A stretch of DNA of 64,000 nucleotides from Candidatus Versatilivorator sp. Lineage in GTDB: Bacteria; Acidobacteriota; Terriglobia; Versatilivoradales; Versatilivoraceae. Numbering within the stretch: the first letter of the stretch is position 1; each line of letters starts with the position of its first letter. Positions 41,821 through 51,750 of the stretch are shown here, piece after piece. The notes under the pieces are model-generated. The model worked only from the letters and a program-made list of their open reading frames with translations, was not told the origin of the DNA and did not search any database. Where the stretch lies: assembly GCA_965207735.1 (NCBI GenBank), contig OZ242296.1:2784001-2848000 (forward strand), written 5' to 3'. Position numbers and translations under genes: made by a program.

Positions 41821-42496
41821 GTTCGACCCCCACCTTGCGGCAATGGGGCTCCAGCGAGCACAGTTCGCACTGGGGACTGCGGGCGCTGCAGATCCGCCGG
41901 CCGTGGTGGATGAGGCGGTGAGAGAAGTTGATCCATTCCCTGGAGGGGATGAGGGCCATGAGGTCCTGCTCGACCTTCTCCGGGGTTCTCGCCAGGGTCA
42001 GGCCGAGTCGCCGGGAAATCCGAAACACGTGGGTGTCGACCACCACCCCCGAGGCCACCCCGTAGGCCGTACCGAGCACGACGTTCGCCGTTTTCCGGGC
42101 CACTCCGGGGAGTTCCAGCAGCTCCTGCATGGATCGAGGCACCTGCCCGTTGTGCTGCTTCACCAGCCGCCGGCAGGTCTCCCGGATGTTTTTGGCCTTG
42201 TTGCGGAAGAATCCGGTGGAATGAATCATCCCTTCCAGGGTCTTCAGGGAGGCGCCGGCAAAGGCTTCCGCCGTCGGGTACTTGCGAAAGAGCTCCGGCG
42301 TCACCAGGTTGACTCTCTTGTCGGTGCACTGGGCCGAAAGGATGGTCGCGATCAGCAGTTGCAGGGGCGTGGCATGCGTCAGGGCGCACTCGACCTCCGG
42401 ATAGGCCCTCTTCAAGCCCGCCAGAATGCCGTTGACTTGTCTCTTGCCGACTTGTTCGGCTGCCTCACGGAGATTGGAACGCGACATGGGTTGCAT
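41801..42496 (-). CDS. nth: Endonuclease III
   Basis: LSAQCTDKRVN, HhH LPGVARKTANV, VDTHV, C..RSPQCELC.L...C Fe-S motif. Confidence 0.96.
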   Translation of the reverse strand: MQPMSRSNLREAAEQVGKRQVNGILAGLKRAYPEVECALTHATPLQLLIATILSAQCTDKRVNLVTPELFRKYPTAEAFAGASLKTLEGMIHSTGFFRNKAKNIRETCRRLVKQHNGQVPRSMQELLELPGVARKTANVVLGTAYGVASGVVVDTHVFRISRRLGLTLARTPEKVEQDLMALIPSREWINFSHRLIHHGRRICSARSPQCELCSLEPHCRKVGVEQVKSGE

Positions 42497-42563
42497 TTTA
42501 AAAGAGTTACCCACGAAGGACCACGAAGAAAAACAAGGTGGGAATGAGGTTCTTTGCCACCAG

Positions 42564-43495
42564 GTCGGGCTTCCGCCCTACCGTGTGGATCATTCGGGAA
42601 AAAACGGTCGATCGCTAATGAAGACGAACCACGAATGAACACGAACATACACGAATACAGATGAACTTCCTTCAACGACATGCGACACCAAAATGCTTCT
42701 GCAATTTCGTTACTTTGGCATCACTTCGTGTCCTTCGTAGATTACCTCCTCGATATCGGTTATCACTCCCAGTTAACAACTCATCATTCCGTCAATTGGT
42801 GTTCATTCGCGTATATTCGTGGTTCGTTGTGCCGCTTCGTGGATAACTCTCTTTTCTGTTGTTTCAGACAAGTGGGGCCCCTGCCCTGACGGGCAGATCA
42901 TCCGAGGGTGAAACAGGGTTGTTTCAGACAAGTCCGGCCCCCGCCGTGCCGTGCGGATCATTCAGAGGAGAAACAGCCAGCTGTTTGCGTTTTGGAAAGA
43001 GACAGGATTAATAGGACCAGAGGCCGCTGCACGGGACGCTGACTGGGAATCGGGGCGTTGGGCACGGCCAAGGCCCGTCACGGGGAAGATCAATCGAGAA
43101 GGACTAAGAATTGAACATGGATGCACAGGATGCACAGGAATTACAGGACGAGAGCTTCCTGCACCAGAAGCCAACTCGGGCGAAGATCCGGTGCGGACTT
43201 GCGGATTCCCGGCATTAGAAGCCATCCGTTTCCTGAAGAATCCTGTGCATCGATGTTAATGATCTCTTTAAATCACGATGGGGTCGGAAGCCCCCCCACT
43301 GGCTCCGCCGCGGTCCATGTTGCTTCTTCGCGGACAAATCCTCTTTGTCCCTTGTGTCCTTCGTTGACCCCCTTGCCGACCTTCGCCCCATCCCTCTTGG
43401 GCCTTCTCCAGCGCCTTGGTGTCCCTTCGTCGTTCTTCGTGCCCCTTCGTGGAAATGTCTTTTTCTTTTGTCTTTTTTCGTTTGTTTCAGACAAG
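42564..43495 (+). repeat. Array C: three cassettes with IS110-like ends and no recombinase (42564-42872, 42873-42932, 42933-43495)
   Basis: TTGTTTCAGACAAG at 42859, 42919 and 43482; each cassette opens with a GC-rich tract then G(C/T)(G/A)GATCAT...GAAAC or AAAAC. Confidence 0.8.
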
Positions 43496-43595
43496 TGGAA
43501 AAAGGACCTGCAATAAACGATCTTCTATAATGTAGGGAGCGAGCCGGCGTAAGGGCGGTCAGGATCAGATGGACTCCTGAAGGAGGTCCCGAGGA

Positions 43596-44732
43596 ATGTT
43601 CGATCAGGAATGGAGACTGGTTGCCACCATTGCGATGGTCCTGGTGGCCGCGGCTGCCCAGATTCTCTTCCGCCGGGTGCGGCGCCGCCTGAAGGAGCTG
43701 ATTCGACGGGAGCATCCCGTCGGCCCCATGCTGCACAGCGGGCTGGATTGGGCATTTGTCCTGCTCAGTCTGGCCACATGGATCGCGGCGGCTTCCGGGG
43801 TGCTGGCCGCCATTCCTCAGACCCGGATTATCCCCACCCGAATGCTGGAGCTGCTTTCCCAGGCGCTTTCCCTGCTGGGAGGGTTTTTCGACAGCGAAAT
43901 TGTGCCGGGGAAGACCACATTCAAGATCAAGAACCTCTTCATGGTGGTAGCGGCCATCGCGGTGATTGCGCTGCTGGCCAGGGGAGTTCGCCGCCTGCTG
44001 CTCAACTACATCCTCAGCAAGACCCCCATGGACTTGAGCCTGCGCCACGCGGTGGCGACCTCGGCCCAGTACCTGATCGTCACCCTGGGGTTCCTGTTCC
44101 TGCTTCAGAACGCCGCCGAACTCGACCTGACCATCCTGGGAGTGGTGCTGGCCGCAGTGGGTGTGGGAGTCGGTTTCGGCCTGCAGAACATCGCCAACAA
44201 CCTCGTCAGCGGGATTTTCATCCTCTTCGAGCGGCCGATCAAGGTGGGGGACCGCATTGAGGTCGGGGACGTGCACGGGCACGTGGTGCGAATTGCCGCC
44301 CGTGCCACCACGGTGCGAACCAACGACAACATCGACTTCATAGTTCCCAATTCCAGCTTCACGTCCTTCAACGTGATCAACTGGAGCCACGGGGACCAAA
44401 AGGTGCGCTTTCGGGTCCCGGTTCCGGTAGCTTACGGCACCGACGTGCGTCTGGTGGAACGGCTCCTGTTGGAGGTTGCTCAGGAAAACGAAAATGTCCT
44501 GGATGAACCTTCACCCCGGGTGGTTTTTTGGGCCTTTGGCGATAGCGCCCTGGAGTTCCAGCTCAGGGTTTGGACGACCCGAATGCTTCATCGCCGGGGC
44601 GTCTTTGTCGGCCAGATCAACCTCTCAATCTACGAAAAGTTCAAGGAGCACGGGATCCGCATCCCCTTCCCCCAACGGGATCTGCACCTCAAAACCCCGC
44701 CTCCGGGCTGGGAGCCTCCCTCCCGGGGCTGA
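43596..44732 (+). CDS. MscS-family mechanosensitive channel
   Basis: GVGFGLQNIANNLVSG, ERPIKVGD, IVPNS, IPFPQRDLH. Confidence 0.93.
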   Translation: MFDQEWRLVATIAMVLVAAAAQILFRRVRRRLKELIRREHPVGPMLHSGLDWAFVLLSLATWIAAASGVLAAIPQTRIIPTRMLELLSQALSLLGGFFDSEIVPGKTTFKIKNLFMVVAAIAVIALLARGVRRLLLNYILSKTPMDLSLRHAVATSAQYLIVTLGFLFLLQNAAELDLTILGVVLAAVGVGVGFGLQNIANNLVSGIFILFERPIKVGDRIEVGDVHGHVVRIAARATTVRTNDNIDFIVPNSSFTSFNVINWSHGDQKVRFRVPVPVAYGTDVRLVERLLLEVAQENENVLDEPSPRVVFWAFGDSALEFQLRVWTTRMLHRRGVFVGQINLSIYEKFKEHGIRIPFPQRDLHLKTPPPGWEPPSRG

Positions 44733-44749
44733 CCTCTCTACCGCCCGGT

Positions 44750-47449
44750 CTACTGCCTCTGGCGAAGCCTCTGCAGAATGTCTCCCAGGCGGCGGGTCTC
44801 CTCGCCGTAGCGAGCCCAATCCCCCTGTTTCAAGGCTGCCTGAGCCCGGTTGTAGGTTTCGACCGCGTTCCGGATGAGAGACCCGGCCGATTCCTGCTCC
44901 TGCGGCTGGCCGTTGGCCTTAGCCATTCGAGTAGCGGAGGGGCTTGAGGAACCACCAAAGATCCTGGCCAGGGAGAGATCCAGGGTTTCTTCCATGGCGA
45001 TCTGGTTGCCGTAGGCCACGATCACCCGCTTGAGCTCCGGCAGGCTGCGGTCGGAGGCTGCCGCCAGGTAGAGGGGCTGAATATAGAGGACCGCATCCTC
45101 CACCGGGATCACCAGCAGGCTTCCTCGGATGACCGAGGAGCCGCCCTGCCCCCAAAGGGTGAGCTGTTGGGAGATCTCAGCTTCCTGGTTGATGCGGCCC
45201 ACGATCTGGGAGGGACCGTAGACCAGCCGCTGCTTGGGGAACCTGTAGACCACCAGTTGGCCGTAGTTGGGGGCGTCGCAGCGGGCGGCCATCCAGGCAA
45301 TCATGTTTTCCCGCCGTGCCGGGGTGAGGGGAATCATCAGGATAAACTCTTCCTTCGCCGCCTCGCTGTTGAGCTTCATGATGGTGTAGTACGGCTCCAG
45401 GGGGGTGGCGCCCTCCTGTTGGGACAGGGTGGGGATGCGCCACAGGTCCTCCTTGTTGTAGAAGACCTGAGGGTCGGTCATGTGGTAGGTGGCGTAGATG
45501 TTGGCCTGGATGCGGAACAGGTCCACCGGATAGCGCAGGTGCTGCCTCAGGTCCTCCGGCATGGCCTCCAGGGGCTGGAATACGCCGGGATAAATCCTGG
45601 AGTAGACCTTGATCAGAAGGTCCTCGGGGTCGTTCACATAGAGTTGGACCGTGCCGTTGTAGGCGTCGATGGTAATCTTGACCGCGTTACGGATGTAGTT
45701 TCCCAGGCCCCTCACCGGTTGGGAGTAGGGGAACAAACTGCTGACCGTATATCCGTCGACGATCCAGAAGAGCTTGCCCTCATCCGAGATCACCATGTAG
45801 GGGTCGCTGTCAAAGCGGAGGAAGGGCAGCAGATTGCGCAGGCGAGTTTCCACGGCGCGGTCGTACATCAGCCGGCTTTCGGCGTGGATGTCGCTCGAGA
45901 GGATGATCTTGGGTTCCTTGAAATAGAGGCCGAAAAGCAGCTTGCGCATGAAACCGCCCACCGGGATGCCCCCCTCTCCCTTGTAGTCGGTGAAGACGTT
46001 CTCGTCGCCCGAGGGATAGTCGAACTCCTTGGCGTGGGTCTTGACAAAGCAGTAGGAATGGGAGAGTTCCCCGTAATAGATCTCCGGCCGGGTGACCTTG
46101 ATGTCGGTGACGGAAACCGGCGGAATGTCCTTGATCATGAAGGTGGGCAGGCCCTCCTGGGTGAACTGGTTGACCGGCCCCTGGCAGATCCCGTAACCGT
46201 GGGTATAGGTGAGGTGCTCGTTGATCCAGATGCGGCTGGGCAGGCTTTCGGAGGAGAGCTCTCTGGGAGACAGGCTCACCTGACGGTACTTGCCGTCGAT
46301 CCAGTAGCGGTCGTTGTCCACGTCTACGAAATCATAGTAGGGGCGGATGATCTGGAGCTGCCCGTAGGTCTGGAGCAACGGCTGGTGGTCCCACAGCCGA
46401 ATGTTCTGCATCGTCAGTTCGTTCCGCTTCAGGGTCTCGTGGGTCAGATTTTCCAGGGCCGGGAACTCCTCCTCCTTCACCCGGTCAATCCCGTAGGCCA
46501 TGCGCGTATGCTTGACAGCATGGGCGATATAGGGGCTCTCCTTGTTGATCTCGTTGGGGGCCACCTCGAAGGTCTGAATCACATAGGGGTAGCCTTGGTT
46601 TCCCACGAATCCTACTCCCAGGAGAATCCCGATCCCGGCCAGAGGCAGGGTGAACTTGTTGCGGAAGGCGCCGGCCATCACCAGGACGGCGGCCACCAGG
46701 CTGACGATAATCATCAGGGTCAGGACCGGGAGCTGGGCTTCGATGTCGGTGAAGCTGGCTCCGTAAACCACGCCCCTGTCGGAATAGAGGAGGTTGTACT
46801 TTTCCAGGTGGTAGTGAATGGACCGCCATGCCAGAAATGCAGCCACCAGGCCGAGAAGATGGAAACGGGCCGCCGTGTTCATGCGGGGGCCGCTCCGGGT
46901 GATCTGGACTCCTCCCTGGATCAGGTAGACCGCGGCGCTGGCGATGGCCGAAAAGACCAGCAGCGCCCATCCGAACTGATAGATGAACTGGTAGAAGGGC
47001 AGGCTGAAGAAATAGAACCCGATGTCCTTGGAGAAGAGGGGATCGGCGCTGCCGTAGGCGACGGCGTTCTGATAGGCGAGATAGACCTCCCACTTGGTGC
47101 CTGCCCAACTCCCCACGATGTAGGCAATGAAAATGGTACCGCCCAGCAGGAACTTGCGGAACACCTGGTCCAGACCTTCAGGGATTTCAATCAGGTTGTC
47201 GGGTGAGAAGGAAGACTGGTCGCCCGCCAGCCGGCGCGCAACCTTGGCATTGGCGTGGACCACCATGAAGAAGAACAGTCCGAACAGCCCCGTCAGGCTC
47301 CACTGGGTGACTATCCTCGTTTCGAAGAGCACGGGATAGCCGGTCTCCTCGAACCAGAGCCAGTCCATCCACAGGCCGATGACTCCATTGAACAGCCCCA
47401 GGCCGAACAAAATCGACAAAATTACGAGCAATCCCCAATTCTTTCTCAT
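44750..47449 (-). CDS. UPF0182 family membrane protein
   Basis: DWLWF, DPLFSKDIGFY, NIRLWD, HLTYTHGYG, NYIRNAVK, HLRYPVDLF. Confidence 0.92.
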   Translation of the reverse strand: MRKNWGLLVILSILFGLGLFNGVIGLWMDWLWFEETGYPVLFETRIVTQWSLTGLFGLFFFMVVHANAKVARRLAGDQSSFSPDNLIEIPEGLDQVFRKFLLGGTIFIAYIVGSWAGTKWEVYLAYQNAVAYGSADPLFSKDIGFYFFSLPFYQFIYQFGWALLVFSAIASAAVYLIQGGVQITRSGPRMNTAARFHLLGLVAAFLAWRSIHYHLEKYNLLYSDRGVVYGASFTDIEAQLPVLTLMIIVSLVAAVLVMAGAFRNKFTLPLAGIGILLGVGFVGNQGYPYVIQTFEVAPNEINKESPYIAHAVKHTRMAYGIDRVKEEEFPALENLTHETLKRNELTMQNIRLWDHQPLLQTYGQLQIIRPYYDFVDVDNDRYWIDGKYRQVSLSPRELSSESLPSRIWINEHLTYTHGYGICQGPVNQFTQEGLPTFMIKDIPPVSVTDIKVTRPEIYYGELSHSYCFVKTHAKEFDYPSGDENVFTDYKGEGGIPVGGFMRKLLFGLYFKEPKIILSSDIHAESRLMYDRAVETRLRNLLPFLRFDSDPYMVISDEGKLFWIVDGYTVSSLFPYSQPVRGLGNYIRNAVKITIDAYNGTVQLYVNDPEDLLIKVYSRIYPGVFQPLEAMPEDLRQHLRYPVDLFRIQANIYATYHMTDPQVFYNKEDLWRIPTLSQQEGATPLEPYYTIMKLNSEAAKEEFILMIPLTPARRENMIAWMAARCDAPNYGQLVVYRFPKQRLVYGPSQIVGRINQEAEISQQLTLWGQGGSSVIRGSLLVIPVEDAVLYIQPLYLAAASDRSLPELKRVIVAYGNQIAMEETLDLSLARIFGGSSSPSATRMAKANGQPQEQESAGSLIRNAVETYNRAQAALKQGDWARYGEETRRLGDILQRLRQRQ

Positions 47450-47557
47450 CAATGATCTCCTTGAGATCCGATCGGACTTGTTTCTCGACAGCTGCATGGC
47501 TGCCGAGGTGCCGGGGCCGTCCGGTTAAACCCGCATTTCCCACCGGGTCAATGAGGG

Positions 47558-48793
47558 CTATGCCTGGTAAAACTGGACGATATCTTCATCCGGGTGGTCC
47601 AGCGACAGCATGAGGAACAGGTAGTCCTTGAGATGTCGGGTCAAGAGGAAATTCTGCTTGACGTGCAGATGCCCGTTCTCCCCCATGGTCTGGCGCAGCC
47701 CGGGGTTGGCCAGCAGTTGCATGGTTCGCCGGGCCGCCCCTTCAGGCGAGTGTACCAGGAATCCGGTCACTCCGTTCAGAATCTGCAGCTTGATTCCGCC
47801 GACTCTTCCGCCCACCACCGGCTTTTTCTTCCATAGGGCTTCGCTCACCGTCAGCCCGAAGCCTTCCTTGATCGATTTCTGCATCACCACGGTGGATCCG
47901 CGCACCAGCGCGTTGATTTCCAGGTCGCTGAACGGGGGAAGCAGGCACACGTGGATGTCCGGGTCGCTGGCTGCCGCCTCCCGCACTTCCTGCAAGACCA
48001 CTTCGCCTTCAGGGTCGTCCGGAGCGCCGCCCCCGGCCAGCAACAGTTGGCAATCATAGTTCCTCTTGACCAGCCGGTAGGCGGCAATGACCCCCAGCGG
48101 GTCCTTCAATCGGTCGAAGCGAGAGATCTGAGTCAGGATCGGACGGGTGCTGTCCAGTTCGTACTTGTCCAGCACGTCTTGAATGGTGTCCTGGCTCAGG
48201 GGCTTGTTCTTGTCGCTCAGCGGGTCGATCGAAGGCGGGACCATGTATTGCGGGATTGCGAGATCCCGGGCAAAGTCGGGCATGGAAAAGACCGAGGCGT
48301 CGTACTGATCGACCAGCGGGCGAAGGAAATTCCAGACCTCGGGATTGGGGGACGAGACGTCAATATGGCAGCGCCAGATCCACCGGCGCCCGATTTCCTT
48401 TTTTTTGAGGATCAGTCCCGCCGGCTGTGGGTCGTGGACCACGATAACGTCGCCGTTCAGGTCGAGGCTTTTGAGGTTGGCTTCGGTGTTGGCCTGGAAG
48501 TGGTCCAGCATTTCCCGGGTGATTTCTTCCGGGTGTCCGTGCAGCGCGTTGTGAAAGGCCTTGGTGATGTTGAAGAAAGCCTGGTCGCCCTTGATGACGT
48601 CCCAGGTGGCATCGATTCCCAGTTCGCCAAGCAGAGGAACCAGCCGGGTGAGGATCTCGGCGACGCCGCCGCCGACCGCGGTAGAGTTGATGTTCTGCAA
48701 CCGCTTGTTCCGGACCCGCTCGGCAAATGCGGAAAGCTCGGCGATTTCTTCCCGGCCAATGATCTGCTCGTAGTCCTGCAGCCTGATCGCCAT
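47558..48793 (-). CDS. treT: GT4 glycosyltransferase, trehalose synthase TreT-like
   Basis: NSTAVGGGVAEIL, HDPQP, WRCHID, SRFDRLKDP, EGFGLTVSEALWK. Confidence 0.85.
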   Translation of the reverse strand: MAIRLQDYEQIIGREEIAELSAFAERVRNKRLQNINSTAVGGGVAEILTRLVPLLGELGIDATWDVIKGDQAFFNITKAFHNALHGHPEEITREMLDHFQANTEANLKSLDLNGDVIVVHDPQPAGLILKKKEIGRRWIWRCHIDVSSPNPEVWNFLRPLVDQYDASVFSMPDFARDLAIPQYMVPPSIDPLSDKNKPLSQDTIQDVLDKYELDSTRPILTQISRFDRLKDPLGVIAAYRLVKRNYDCQLLLAGGGAPDDPEGEVVLQEVREAAASDPDIHVCLLPPFSDLEINALVRGSTVVMQKSIKEGFGLTVSEALWKKKPVVGGRVGGIKLQILNGVTGFLVHSPEGAARRTMQLLANPGLRQTMGENGHLHVKQNFLLTRHLKDYLFLMLSLDHPDEDIVQFYQA

Positions 48794-48794
48794 G

Positions 48795-49451
48795 TCAGTT
48801 TCCCGGGTGCCTTCTTCCCAGTTGGATGATTCGGTGGCGCAACTCTTCCAGGGTCATCGCATAGGGGTTCAGGCGGTCGATCTCGTCGGCCAGGGCCTCC
48901 TGACCGATGCCGCTCAGCCAAAAGGAGAAATCGTTGGTCATCCGCTCCAGGCGGAGCCGGGCCTCGAAGAAATGGAAATAGAGGGAGGTGTTCGAAACCG
49001 AGGGAAGCCGATTCAGGAAATCGGGCAGATCGCGAGCCACGATTCCCGTGGGCACCACAAAGCTCTTGGCCTTGCAGAAGTGAAACTCGTCGCCGGGAGG
49101 ACACTCGCGGGCCCGGCCTCCGTTGCCTTCGAGATAGGCGGCAATCTCCGCCACCATCCTTTCCCGAATCTGGCGGATGGAGGAAAAGCTGAGCAGGTCG
49201 ATGGCGGCCAGCTTTTCCGCCAGTGGCTCTTCCTGAAGGGCTTCCGAGATCCAGAGGGCGAAGTCGTTATAGAACTCGTGCCGGGCGAACTGCCGGGACA
49301 GGAAATACTCTTCATGGGTGTGGTAGAAGATGGAGGATCCCGAGATCTGCTTGAGAATGGCCAGCAGCTCCGGCAGGTTGCGAGCCGTTTGGCCGGTGAG
49401 AACCACCAACCGGCGTTCCGTGTTGAAAACGAAGGGCTCGCTGTGGGGCAT
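48795..49451 (-). CDS. DUF5752-like protein, partner of the TreT-like gene
   Basis: Internal duplication (SIFYH...NDFALW / SLYFH...NDFSFW); adjacent to treT. Confidence 0.75.
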   Translation of the reverse strand: MPHSEPFVFNTERRLVVLTGQTARNLPELLAILKQISGSSIFYHTHEEYFLSRQFARHEFYNDFALWISEALQEEPLAEKLAAIDLLSFSSIRQIRERMVAEIAAYLEGNGGRARECPPGDEFHFCKAKSFVVPTGIVARDLPDFLNRLPSVSNTSLYFHFFEARLRLERMTNDFSFWLSGIGQEALADEIDRLNPYAMTLEELRHRIIQLGRRHPGN

Positions 49452-49552
49452 GGCCGAGGCGGTGCGGGTAACCAACCGAACGTCGAAAGCAGCGGTGGAA
49501 CCCTGATCAGAACCGGAGCGGCGAGATGGAGAGGGCCGCAAAAAGCAGGCCA

Positions 49553-49581
49553 AGAATAGGTAATGGACAGGGAGATGTCAA
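49553..49581 (-). promoter_or_regulatory. Putative sigma-70 promoter for DUF5752-treT
   Basis: TTGACA-17 bp-TATTCT on the minus strand. Confidence 0.55.
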
Positions 49582-49697
49582 GGAAGCCCGACAGGCGAAG
49601 GCTGATGCGGAGAGGGGTTCGCACAAGGTGAGTTGCCAGGCGAGACGCTGTGCGCCGAGGAGGGGATCCGTGGCTCTCTTACAGCGTGCGCTAAAGC

Positions 49698-51170
49698 TCA
49701 GGCCGAGGTGGGGGAAGGAGCGCTGAAGCTTCGGATTTCGCTCGTCCTGGCGGGCCGGGTGCCCCTTCTTCGTATCTTTCGCCGATAGGCGGGAACCCGG
49801 GCCAGCCCTTCCCAATAGGGGGAGGGCTGCCAGGAGGAAGAGCCTTTGAGCCGGTGGGACTTGGGGCGTGTCTTCAGGGCTTGGGCCGAGCCGCCGTTTT
49901 CCTGGATCAGTCTCCGCAGAAACTCATCCTGCCATCTCCGGTAGGCCATGACGCCGCCGCCGTTGTTGAGAATGGCATAGAAGACGGGTCCGTGGGCTCG
50001 GGTCATGACCACGCCCGCCAGTGTGCTGACACCCCCGTCCTTGGAGGAATTGGTTCCCGTTTTCCCCAGCACTCGGCCGCGGTACCTGGCATGGCGGAAG
50101 CGCCCGCGAAGCGTCCCATTGTCCACTCCGGCCGCGGGCATGATGTCCTGCAGCTTCATGCCATGTTCCTGCAGGATGGCGCGAAGGCAGTGGAGCACTT
50201 GAATCGCGGCCCCTGCGGTCATGCGGCTGCGTCCGATTCCGGACGGTTTTTCTATGTGAAGATCCGAGGGACGAATGCCCATCTCCCGGATCAGATATTC
50301 CCGCATGGACTCGGCTCCTCCCAGAGCGCGGCCCATCCTGTCAGCGATATTGTTGACGCTGAACGCGTTCACCTTCCACAAGATGTCCCGAAGGCTCGGT
50401 GAAGAGTGGCTGAGAAACTCGATTCCCAAACGCTCGCCCACACACTCTTTCGGCACGGCGTAGACTCGGCCGTCGATCCTGATGCCTGTACGCCGGAAGT
50501 AGCGGGCCAGGTATCGGACAGGAAAGTTTGGATTGTTGCTGGAGTTCACCGTGAAGGGCCCGGCAATCACCAGGTCTCCGGTCACTCGACGCAAGCCCCT
50601 TCGTTTCAGGGAACGAACCAATCGGTAAAGTTCCGACCTGCCCAGAAGGGGATTTCCGTCGCTGACCAGGTAGAGGTTGCCGGGCAGCACCCGATCTTCC
50701 TGATCGATGGGGGAGTCGCCAAAGACTTGAGTGACGAATCGGTAATCGGGGCCCAGCTGCGCCAGAGCTACCAGAGAGGTGACCAACTTCATTACCGAGG
50801 CTGGATTGAGTGGGGTATCCGGGTTCAATTTCGCCAGAACGGCGCGGCCATCCTGCGATTCCACCAGGATTCCCTGCTTGCCCAGGTCGTAGCCATGGCG
50901 CCGGACTCGGCGAGAGAAGTGCTCGAGGGCCGTGCTTTCCAGTTGCCGAGGCGGGGCGGGCAGCGGTTGCGCCGCCGGGTGTCGAAGCTCGCTGCCCCGA
51001 TTGGCGCCCACGGGCCAGAAGGCGCTCAGCACCAGGATCGCAAGACAGCAGGGACCGAACAGGAGCGGTCGGAAGTACTTGATCGGAACAGCCCTCATGA
51101 ATGCGGGTCCCCGGGAAGAACGGATGGATCGACCCATCATAGGGAAAGACGGCTCGGCTTGCAAACTCAA
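49698..51170 (-). CDS. dacB: D-Ala-D-Ala carboxypeptidase/endopeptidase (PBP4, peptidase S13)
   Basis: PASVMK (SxxK), SVN (SxN), KTGT; start uncertain. Confidence 0.85.
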   Translation of the reverse strand: MSLQAEPSFPMMGRSIRSSRGPAFMRAVPIKYFRPLLFGPCCLAILVLSAFWPVGANRGSELRHPAAQPLPAPPRQLESTALEHFSRRVRRHGYDLGKQGILVESQDGRAVLAKLNPDTPLNPASVMKLVTSLVALAQLGPDYRFVTQVFGDSPIDQEDRVLPGNLYLVSDGNPLLGRSELYRLVRSLKRRGLRRVTGDLVIAGPFTVNSSNNPNFPVRYLARYFRRTGIRIDGRVYAVPKECVGERLGIEFLSHSSPSLRDILWKVNAFSVNNIADRMGRALGGAESMREYLIREMGIRPSDLHIEKPSGIGRSRMTAGAAIQVLHCLRAILQEHGMKLQDIMPAAGVDNGTLRGRFRHARYRGRVLGKTGTNSSKDGGVSTLAGVVMTRAHGPVFYAILNNGGGVMAYRRWQDEFLRRLIQENGGSAQALKTRPKSHRLKGSSSWQPSPYWEGLARVPAYRRKIRRRGTRPARTSEIRSFSAPSPTSA

Positions 51171-51289
51171 AAGAAGCGATTTGACCCCGCGCTGCCGTAG
51201 CCGCCAAGCGGCGAATCAGTCGCTTCCCGCCGTCTCCCAAACCCTTCCCAACCAGGCGGAACAGGTAGGGGAACCTCCTTATAATGCGC

Positions 51290-51319
51290 TTGACAGTTTT
51301 TTCGGCGCTTTCTTATACT
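51290..51319 (+). promoter_or_regulatory. Putative sigma-70 promoter for the lysW cluster
   Basis: TTGACA-18 bp-TATACT. Confidence 0.6.
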
Positions 51320-51478
51320 GCCGCTGGCTGCCGTATCCGACGCCGACTTGGTCACCTGCACCCTCTTGGTTTCCGTCCCGGTAGTGACTGGTCGGGAAGT
51401 GAGGCGCCCAATTTGCTTTAGGTTTTCCACCATCGTCACCTATTGATGCAATCCAAATCGGTGTCCAGGGAGGGTGCC

Positions 51479-51643
51479 GTGGCCGACTGTCCGGAATGTG
51501 AAGCTGCATTGGAATTGGAAGATGATGTGGAAAAGGGTGAGATCGTAACCTGTTCCGATTGCGGGGCCGACCTGGAGGTCGTGGGGATGGATCCCGTGAA
51601 GTTGGACCTGGCTCCGGAGGAAGAAGAAGACTGGGGGGAATGA
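51479..51643 (+). CDS. lysW: Amino-group carrier protein LysW
   Basis: 54 aa, CPEC...CSDC Zn ribbon, C-terminal EEDWGE. Confidence 0.95.
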   Translation: MADCPECEAALELEDDVEKGEIVTCSDCGADLEVVGMDPVKLDLAPEEEEDWGE

Positions 51644-51750
51644 TCCCCCGGCAAGGAGTGCTTACAACTCACCTTCCGACCCGATCGACCACAGAGGATG
51701 CGAGGATTGCCTGACCGATTCCGCTCCCTGTGGTTTTTTTGTGTGTGCCG

